From the NCBI GenBank assembly GCA_016302505.1, contig JAEDNL010000002.1:297-64296 (forward strand): DNA of 64,000 nt, in the 5' to 3' direction. This stretch comes from Bacilli bacterium (GTDB lineage: Bacteria > Bacillota_I > Bacilli_A > RF39 > UBA660). The notes beneath the pieces were generated by a model. It ran no database searches. It was not told the DNA's origin and saw nothing but the letters and a program-made list of their open reading frames with translations. Within the stretch, counting starts at the first letter, position 1, and every line of letters starts with the position of its first letter. This document shows, piece after piece, positions 46,707 to 53,299 of this stretch. A program made the position numbers and the translations under genes.

Positions 46707-47488
46707 TGAAAAAGATATTTGCAAATAAAGGAGTTGTTACTTTCTTAGGTGGAATACTTTGTATAGTAATTTTGTTTTTTGCATATAGATATAGAGTTAA
46801 TAAAGAAATTAATCCTATTAGTGTTCCCTATGCTAAAACAAAACTAGAATCTAGGACTGAAATCACAAATGAAAATGTTGGTACAGTTAAAGTTCCTGCA
46901 TCTATGGTAACTGAAGGAGTTATAAGAGATAAAAGCCAAGTAATAGGAAAATATGTAAATTATAATACATTTATTCCAGCAGGTAGTTTATTTTATGCAT
47001 CTAGTGTAATTACATGGGATCAAATGCCTGATTCAGCATGGTCAGATATACCAGATGGTAATACAATTGTATATTTATCAGCTACTTCTACAACTACTGG
47101 TTCATTTATTTATCCTGGTGATAAAATAGATTTATATTTTAAAACTACTGATAATGGAAAACTTGTATATGGAAAATTAATTGAGGGAATTAAAGTTTTA
47201 GCAGTTAAAGATTCAACAGGTGCTCATATATTTAAGAAAACTGCTAGTCAAAAAGATTTTTCAACATTGATTTTCTCATTATCAGAAGATCTACATTTAT
47301 TACTTAGAAAATCTGGATATGTGTCTGGTGAAATAATTCCTGTAACTAGAAATCAAGATTATTGTAAAGATAAAGACTGTACAAAAGTTTCAAGTACATA
47401 TTTAAGAAACTTAATTGAATCACAAGTTGACAGTGCTGTTCAAGATAATACAACTAGCAGTGATAGTCAAGTTAAAGTAACAGAGTAA
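46706..47488 (+). CDS. cpaB: CpaB/RcpC-like Flp pilus assembly protein, copy 2
   Basis: 260 aa. A clear paralogue of the preceding gene (ISVPYAKTKLESRTEITNENVGTVKV...IPAGSLFY; LHLLLRK in both). Its start overlaps the upstream stop (TAATG). Confidence 0.7.
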   Translation: MKKIFANKGVVTFLGGILCIVILFFAYRYRVNKEINPISVPYAKTKLESRTEITNENVGTVKVPASMVTEGVIRDKSQVIGKYVNYNTFIPAGSLFYASSVITWDQMPDSAWSDIPDGNTIVYLSATSTTTGSFIYPGDKIDLYFKTTDNGKLVYGKLIEGIKVLAVKDSTGAHIFKKTASQKDFSTLIFSLSEDLHLLLRKSGYVSGEIIPVTRNQDYCKDKDCTKVSSTYLRNLIESQVDSAVQDNTTSSDSQVKVTE

Positions 47489-47521
47489 AATAAAAAAATA
47501 AAGAATAAGAAAGGGTATAAT

Positions 47522-48667
47522 ATGGAAGATTTGGTATTTTCTCAAATTGATTTTGGACTTTTAATGCCATTGTTACAAGATGATGATATAACAGATATAT
47601 CATATTCTAACAATGGGCAAGTACATATTAAGACTCTTTCTCAAGGTATAAAACAAGTTAAAATTGAAGGTCTTAATAATGAAGTGATGGAAAAATTAGC
47701 ATTTCAATGTTCAAATGTAATGGGTAAGACATTTAATATGGCTCATCCACTACTTGATGCTGAAAGTGCTGAACTTCGTCTTAATTTTGTACATGAGTCA
47801 ATTGCAACTAATGGTATTGCTGTATTAATAAGAAAAACACCTGCTAAAATAAGACTTAATAAAGAAAAATTGGTTAGTGAAGATTATGTATCATTAAAAT
47901 TACATGATTTTCTAATTACATGTGTCCAAGGACACTGTAATATATTGGTTAGTGGTGAAACTGGTTCTGGAAAAACTGAACTTGTAAAATATTTAGCAAG
48001 TAAAATAAAAGAAGATGAAAAGATAATTACTATTGAAGATACATTGGAACTTCATTTAGATAAGATATATCCAACGCGAGATATAGTTGCTATGAAAACT
48101 AATAATATAGCATCATATTCAGATGTTTTAGTGGCGTGTATGAGACAAAATCCAAGATGGATTTTACTATCAGAAGTTCGTTCGGCTGAAGCTGTTATGG
48201 CAGTTAGAAACTCTATTTCTTCTGGACATAACATTTTATCAACAATTCATTCAGATAAAGCAAGTGCTATTCCAATGAGACTTTATTCATTATTAGAAAC
48301 AAGTCAAGATATTGATCAATTTATTAAAGGTATGCATAGATATATTCAACTAGGAATACATGTTAAAGGTTTTTTCTCTAAAAAATATAATAGGTTTCAA
48401 AGAGAAATAACACAAGTAGTTGAGTTTTATGTTGATGATGATAATGGTGAAGCTAAAGTAAATGTTTTATATTCAAGAGATTTGCTAGGAAATGAAGTAT
48501 ATAATAATCCAACTACGCATTTGATAGATTATTTATCTTCACAGGGAATTAGTATGCAAGAAGATCCATTTATACCAAAAGAAAGTGAAATAAAAGAAGT
48601 AAATGAAGATAATAAAGAGATAACTCAAGAGGTTAAACCTAATAATATAGAAATTATAGAGTTATAG
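47522..48667 (+). CDS. tadA: CpaF/TadA-family secretion ATPase (VirB11/PilB superfamily)
   Basis: 381 aa. Walker A SGETGSGKTE, Asp box IITIEDTLEL, Walker B region RWILLSEVR, His box GHNILSTIHS. Confidence 0.9.
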   Translation: MEDLVFSQIDFGLLMPLLQDDDITDISYSNNGQVHIKTLSQGIKQVKIEGLNNEVMEKLAFQCSNVMGKTFNMAHPLLDAESAELRLNFVHESIATNGIAVLIRKTPAKIRLNKEKLVSEDYVSLKLHDFLITCVQGHCNILVSGETGSGKTELVKYLASKIKEDEKIITIEDTLELHLDKIYPTRDIVAMKTNNIASYSDVLVACMRQNPRWILLSEVRSAEAVMAVRNSISSGHNILSTIHSDKASAIPMRLYSLLETSQDIDQFIKGMHRYIQLGIHVKGFFSKKYNRFQREITQVVEFYVDDDNGEAKVNVLYSRDLLGNEVYNNPTTHLIDYLSSQGISMQEDPFIPKESEIKEVNEDNKEITQEVKPNNIEIIEL

Positions 48668-48680
48668 GAGGTGTGTATAT

Positions 48681-49580
48681 ATGTATATAGAAATTCTCAT
48701 TATTGCTGTTATATTAATATTCATATATATATATAGAAAGAATACTGGAGATAGTTCTTACAAATTTATTAATAAAACAATAGGTGATACTTATAATAAA
48801 TATGCTCCTTATTCATTTAAAGTTGTAAGAGAGAAAGCTAAAGAACTAGGACAAGAATATACCAGTAGACAATATGTTGTTCAAATAATAATATTTGGTG
48901 TATCAGCTGCTTTTATAGCATATTTATATTTTTATAGTATATTGTGGAGCGTAGTATATGCAGTGGCTGCGATATTGATGGTTCCATACTTAGCATATAT
49001 GAGATGTAAAAAAGCATATAGTGAGTTTATATTTGAACAAATACAAGTATATACAACTAATGTAATAATGGAATTTAATACAACTCAATCTTTTGTAAAA
49101 GCATTAGAAGGTGTAAGAGATTCTGGAGTGTTAGAAGATCCATTACTTACTGATGTTAAAGAAATGATACAAATGTCATATGAAAATGGTACGATTGATG
49201 AAGCTATTAGATTTATGAATGAAAAATATGATTACTATGTAATAAAAAATATGCATCAATTATTCTTACAAATAACAAAAGAAGGTTCTAAAGATTCAGG
49301 TGAAGCTCTAGAAGGAATGCTTCAAGATATAGATATGTTAGTTGAAAGTGTATATAGAGATAGAATAGATAGAACAACTTTTTATAAGAAATTTATTACA
49401 TTTGGTTTAATGCTATATTTGTTAGTATTATTGATACAATTATTCTTAGGAGAGGCTAGTTATTTAGCATTATTAGATGAAGTATTTGTAGTTATATTAT
49501 TACATTGTGTAATTTTAATAAATACATACTTCTTAATATCAGGTATTAAATATTATCATGAAGATGTGGGGGCTGAATAA
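48681..49580 (+). CDS. tadB: TadB-like (GspF/T2SS-F family) inner-membrane platform protein
   Basis: 299 aa. N-terminal TM, a cytoplasmic helical domain, then C-terminal TMs. Located immediately after the ATPase, as in tad/cpa loci. Confidence 0.65.
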   Translation: MYIEILIIAVILIFIYIYRKNTGDSSYKFINKTIGDTYNKYAPYSFKVVREKAKELGQEYTSRQYVVQIIIFGVSAAFIAYLYFYSILWSVVYAVAAILMVPYLAYMRCKKAYSEFIFEQIQVYTTNVIMEFNTTQSFVKALEGVRDSGVLEDPLLTDVKEMIQMSYENGTIDEAIRFMNEKYDYYVIKNMHQLFLQITKEGSKDSGEALEGMLQDIDMLVESVYRDRIDRTTFYKKFITFGLMLYLLVLLIQLFLGEASYLALLDEVFVVILLHCVILINTYFLISGIKYYHEDVGAE

Positions 49581-50377
49581 TGGAAATAGTTTTAGTAGGT
49601 ATAATATTATTGTTTTTATTTAATTATATAGGAGCATTCAATTTTAATACATTTATAGCTGATAACAAAGCATTATTTTCTAAATTAAAAGAAGATGACT
49701 ATGACTTTCTTTTAGTATCAAAATATGGAGATCAAGTTGATGTTAATGTAAAATTTCAATCTAGGGTAAAAAGTGCTATTATAGCATTTATAATAGGTTT
49801 AATAATTGCGATTACATCTATATCAGGACTTAATTTTGCTGTTAAGCTGGTTGGTGTGTTTTTAGTAACGTACTTTGTATTTAAAAATGATTATAATTCA
49901 GTTAAAGCTTATTATAAGAAACATTTACATGATATTAATTTAAAGTTACCATATTATTTAAAGAGTTTAGAAATATTAATTCAACATTATACAGTACCTG
50001 TCGCAATAACAAGAAGTTTAGAACAAGCACCTGAGATGTTTAAACCTGGTCTTAGAGAATTAATAGCATCAATTGATTCAGGAGATTCTACAATTGAACC
50101 ATATATGGCTTTTGCTAGAAGGTATCCTGTAAGAGATTCAATGAGAATGATGAGACTTTTGTATAGACTTAGTCTTGGTAGTCAAGAAAGAAAACAAGAA
50201 CAATTAATAGTATTTTCAAGAACAATATCAAATTTACAATCTAAATCAAGAGATACTAAGTATAAAGAAAGATTAGAAAAAATGGAAAAGAAGACTATGA
50301 CAATGTTTACTGCAACTGGTGCAGGAGTAATGATTATATTAGTACTTTCTATTATGCAACAGTTTACAGCTATGTAA
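49580..50377 (+). CDS. tadC: TadC-like (GspF/T2SS-F family) inner-membrane platform protein
   Basis: 265 aa with the same topology class as TadB. Its start overlaps the tadB-like stop (TAATG). Position is as in tad loci. Confidence 0.65.
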   Translation: MEIVLVGIILLFLFNYIGAFNFNTFIADNKALFSKLKEDDYDFLLVSKYGDQVDVNVKFQSRVKSAIIAFIIGLIIAITSISGLNFAVKLVGVFLVTYFVFKNDYNSVKAYYKKHLHDINLKLPYYLKSLEILIQHYTVPVAITRSLEQAPEMFKPGLRELIASIDSGDSTIEPYMAFARRYPVRDSMRMMRLLYRLSLGSQERKQEQLIVFSRTISNLQSKSRDTKYKERLEKMEKKTMTMFTATGAGVMIILVLSIMQQFTAM

Positions 50378-50385
50378 AAAAGATA

Positions 50386-50414
50386 TTGATTAAGAATAAT
50401 TATTATTGTATAAT
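50386..50414 (+). promoter_or_regulatory. Near-consensus sigma-A promoter directly upstream of the pilin-like gene
   Basis: TTGATT (50386-50391), 17-nt spacer, TATAAT (50409-50414), followed by the strong RBS AAGGAGG before ATG 50456. Confidence 0.55.
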
Positions 50415-50455
50415 TATATTGTAAATATATAAAAATATAAAAGGAGGAATATTAA

Positions 50456-50749
50456 ATGAAAGAAGCAACAGGAGAATTAAATATGACAGTTGTTACTATA
50501 GTAGCAATCGCTGCTGTAGCATTATTATTCTATGTATTCTTATGGCCAACAATACAAAAGAGTATTGTTAACCAAACATGTAAGACTTATGGTAGTAATT
50601 ACGGTGCTGTTTATGTTAAAGATGCTAATTCTGGGACTGGTGCTAAAGTTGCCGAGTGGAAGTGCTGCCCAGGCAAAGTTACCAATGGTAAAGTTGGTAA
50701 ACCGGATAAAAATAGTGCTGACTGTAAAGATGCAAACTTGGAAAAATAA
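50456..50749 (+). CDS. Small pilin-like protein (candidate major subunit)
   Basis: 97 aa. Short polar leader MKEATG followed by a ~25-aa hydrophobic helix (ELNMTVVTIVAIAAVALLFYVFLW), then a small Gly/Lys-rich globular part with 4 Cys. It has its own promoter and a strong RBS. Confidence 0.6.
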   Translation: MKEATGELNMTVVTIVAIAAVALLFYVFLWPTIQKSIVNQTCKTYGSNYGAVYVKDANSGTGAKVAEWKCCPGKVTNGKVGKPDKNSADCKDANLEK

Positions 50750-50771
50750 CGAATAATAAAGGAAAGAGCAT

Positions 50772-51305
50772 ATGAAGGAATCAATAGGTGGAACTTGGTT
50801 AATTGGTATAGTGGCACTATTTATAGTGCTCTTTTCTGCTTTTATGGCATATTCAATTAATTATACCAAAGCTTTTAGAGCAAAAAATGGTATTATTGAT
50901 TTGATAGAACAAAATGAAGGGTATACTTTTTATAATGGTACTACGCCAATAGATAATCTTAGTAATGAAAGTTTAAATAACGATAAGAGTGTTCAAGCAC
51001 AAGCATTTGGTTTAATTAAATCAATGGGATATGACTATGGTGATAGTAAAAGTAATGGAATAATTTGTAATAATGATGGTTCTATATCTGATGCATCAAT
51101 AATTCAAAAAGCTGATCAACCTGGAGGTTTTTGTCTATATCGGATATGTAATAATGATGGAACTGTTAGATATAAAGTTGTTACTTATGTTATGATGAAA
51201 TTTCCAGTAATTAATTTTGGTATAACTGTTCCAGTTAAAGGTGAAACAAAAACATTATATTATGAATTAGATAATGCATACAATGGTCTTTGTACTAATA
51301 AATAA
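50772..51305 (+). CDS. Pseudopilin-like (TadE/TadF-analogous) protein
   Basis: 177 aa. MKESIGG + hydrophobic helix (TWLIGIVALFIVLFSAFMAY), followed by a globular domain with several Cys. Its position after the pilin matches that of tadE/F. Confidence 0.45.
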   Translation: MKESIGGTWLIGIVALFIVLFSAFMAYSINYTKAFRAKNGIIDLIEQNEGYTFYNGTTPIDNLSNESLNNDKSVQAQAFGLIKSMGYDYGDSKSNGIICNNDGSISDASIIQKADQPGGFCLYRICNNDGTVRYKVVTYVMMKFPVINFGITVPVKGETKTLYYELDNAYNGLCTNK

Positions 51306-51328
51306 TAAATAATCAGGGAGATGATGTT

Positions 51329-52303
51329 ATGAATGTAATGGTATACAATAAATATAAAGAATTATTAATGGGGCTTAATTTAGACATTATGAAGTCTATA
51401 GAGGGAGTTTTTAATGTTGATGAGATAATTGATACTTTTAGTAATTATTATTATGATAAAATGATTCTTGATATTACTGCTATTAGAGATTATCAAAATG
51501 CTGATAATTTACAAAAATTAGCAATGAATATTAATATGGAAAATGTTATTTTATTATTAGATGATAGTCCTGAATGTAATTCTAAGACTTATCTTTCTAA
51601 ATTAATTAGTCTTGGTATTTATAATTTTACAAGAAATACAGAAGGAATTAATTATTTATTAGTACATCCTCATACATATAAAGATGTCGTTAATATTCAT
51701 AATATAAATTCAGTAGATGCTGATAATACTATGAATGCTAATATGAATACTAATAGTATTAATGATACTGACCCTGCTTTAGGTTTTACTACCGGGGGTA
51801 AATTAAGAGTAATAGGTTTTAAAAATGTTACTCCTCATGCTGGGGCAACATCATTAATATATATGCTTAAAAAAGTGTTATCTGAGACTCGTAGATGTGC
51901 CGCATTGGAAGTTAATAAAGTAGACTTTCTATATTACAATGATAAAGATATGATTAGTACTACTACTAGTGAACTTCCTAAGGAATTTATGAAAAAACAA
52001 ATGTATGATGTTCTTCTTATAGATTTAAATGATTATGATGATTTATCTATATGTTCAAGTGTATTCTATTTACTTGAACCATCTACATTAATGGTAAATA
52101 AATTAGTTCATAAAAAGAGAGATATTTTTGATACTTTAAAAAATGAGAAAGTAGTGTTAAATAAGTGTAATTTAAGTCGTGAGGATGTTGCTACATTTGA
52201 ATATGAAACAAAATTAAAATTGTTTTATACACTTCCTCCGATGGATGATAGAAAGCTTGATAATGCTGAATTAAGAAAATTTATTAGTAAGATGGGCTTA
52301 TAA
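51329..52303 (+). CDS. tadZ: TadZ/CpaE-like protein: atypical receiver-like domain + ParA/MinD-like domain with degenerate Walker A
   Basis: 324 aa. The N-half is receiver-like (MILDITAIRDY...VILLLDDSPE...LISLGIYNFTRN). The C-half is ParA-like (LRVIGFKNVTPHAGATSLIYML, YDVLLIDLND), but PHAGATS replaces K-G-G-x-G-K-[ST]. Confidence 0.5.
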   Translation: MNVMVYNKYKELLMGLNLDIMKSIEGVFNVDEIIDTFSNYYYDKMILDITAIRDYQNADNLQKLAMNINMENVILLLDDSPECNSKTYLSKLISLGIYNFTRNTEGINYLLVHPHTYKDVVNIHNINSVDADNTMNANMNTNSINDTDPALGFTTGGKLRVIGFKNVTPHAGATSLIYMLKKVLSETRRCAALEVNKVDFLYYNDKDMISTTTSELPKEFMKKQMYDVLLIDLNDYDDLSICSSVFYLLEPSTLMVNKLVHKKRDIFDTLKNEKVVLNKCNLSREDVATFEYETKLKLFYTLPPMDDRKLDNAELRKFISKMGL

Positions 52304-52368
52304 TCGAGTATTCTATTGACAAAAAAGGCAAAATCATATAAAATTTTAATTAGTGAGGAGTGGTGAAC

Positions 52369-52713
52369 ATGAGCGAAGAAACTATTTGTAGTGATTTAGG
52401 ACCTATATTAAGAATAGTAGGAATTGTTATTTGGGGAATTAAAGTAGTTGTACCAATTATTTTAATAGTTGTTGGTATGATTGATTTGGCAAAAGCAGTT
52501 ACTGAAAAGAGTGATGATAAAATTAAAGCTGCTCAAAATAGTTTAATTAAAAAAGCTATTTCAGCAGTATTGGTTTTCTTAGTTGTAACTATTGTAGGAT
52601 TATTAATGAAATTAATAGGTGATAGTAGTTATCAAGCATGTGTAGACTGTATTAATCATCCATTTAGTGAAAGTTGTAAGGCTCCAAATGGATACATTCC
52701 ATCTGGTGATTAA
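52369..52713 (+). CDS. Small two-TM membrane protein with Cys-rich tail
   Basis: ATG 52369 is 8 nt after GAGGAG; the track's GTG 52360 is rejected. Two hydrophobic helices flank a charged loop (DLAKAVTEKSDDKIKAAQNSLIKK). The tail is YQACVDCINHPFSESCKAP. Last gene before the terminator. Confidence 0.5.
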   Translation: MSEETICSDLGPILRIVGIVIWGIKVVVPIILIVVGMIDLAKAVTEKSDDKIKAAQNSLIKKAISAVLVFLVVTIVGLLMKLIGDSSYQACVDCINHPFSESCKAPNGYIPSGD

Positions 52714-52719
52714 TAATTT

Positions 52720-52742
52720 GAAGCATGGCTTCTTTTTTTTTG
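52720..52742 (+). terminator. Rho-independent terminator closing the Tad-like island
   Basis: GAAGC / GCTTC stem with an ATG loop (52720-52732), followed by a run of about 10 T. Confidence 0.65.
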
Positions 52743-52811
52743 TAAGAATTATGTTTAAAAATCACTTTAAATAAACTAATGTATATTGTATAATATTATT
52801 GTAGGATTTAA

Positions 52812-53204
52812 ATGAAAAGAGTTTTAACATATGGTACATATGATTTATTACATTATGGTCATATTAGGTTATTAAAAAGAGCTAAAGCATTGGGTGATTA
52901 TTTAATAGTGGCATTATCTACTGATGAGTTTAATGAACTTAAAGGTAAAAAGTCATATCATCCATATAAAGAAAGAAAAGAGATGTTAGAGGCAATAAGA
53001 TATGTTGATTTAGTAATTCCCGAAGAAAATTGGGAACAAAAAATTAATGATGTTAAAGAATATAAAGCTGATGTAGTAGTTATGGGTAGTGATTGGGCAA
53101 ACAGTGATAGATTTGAATATTTAAAAGATTATTGTGATGTTGTATATCTTGATAGAACAGAGGGTGTATCTACAACAAAAATTAAAAAAGATTTAAAAGA
53201 TTAA
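52812..53204 (+). CDS. tagD: Glycerol-3-phosphate cytidylyltransferase
   Basis: 130 aa. MKRVLTYGTYDLLHYGHIRLLKRAKALGDYLIVALSTDEFN carries the HxGH cytidylyltransferase signature, and the length is typical of TagD. Confidence 0.9.
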   Translation: MKRVLTYGTYDLLHYGHIRLLKRAKALGDYLIVALSTDEFNELKGKKSYHPYKERKEMLEAIRYVDLVIPEENWEQKINDVKEYKADVVVMGSDWANSDRFEYLKDYCDVVYLDRTEGVSTTKIKKDLKD

Positions 53205-53299
53205 TGTAAATGGACTTACAAAAAGTATGTCCTTTTTATAATATTTGTACAATTGAAATATTACATATAAAGTGATATAATACTCATGAGGGAATTAGT

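Noticed and set aside
50532-50817. ORFs 50532..50756 (+) and 50611..50817 (-) overlap the pilin-like gene.
   Set aside because: They are alternative frames of the locally GC-richer pilin gene and have no RBS. The 50456 frame has the AAGGAGG RBS, the promoter and the pilin-like leader plus hydrophobic stem.
9000-52800. I considered whether the two accessory islands are a prophage, an ICE or a transposon.
   Set aside because: I saw no integrase, recombinase, transposase, relaxase, phage structural gene, flanking tRNA or obvious direct or inverted terminal repeats. Composition matches the surrounding housekeeping genes. Horizontal origin cannot be excluded, but there is no mobile-element signature in the window.
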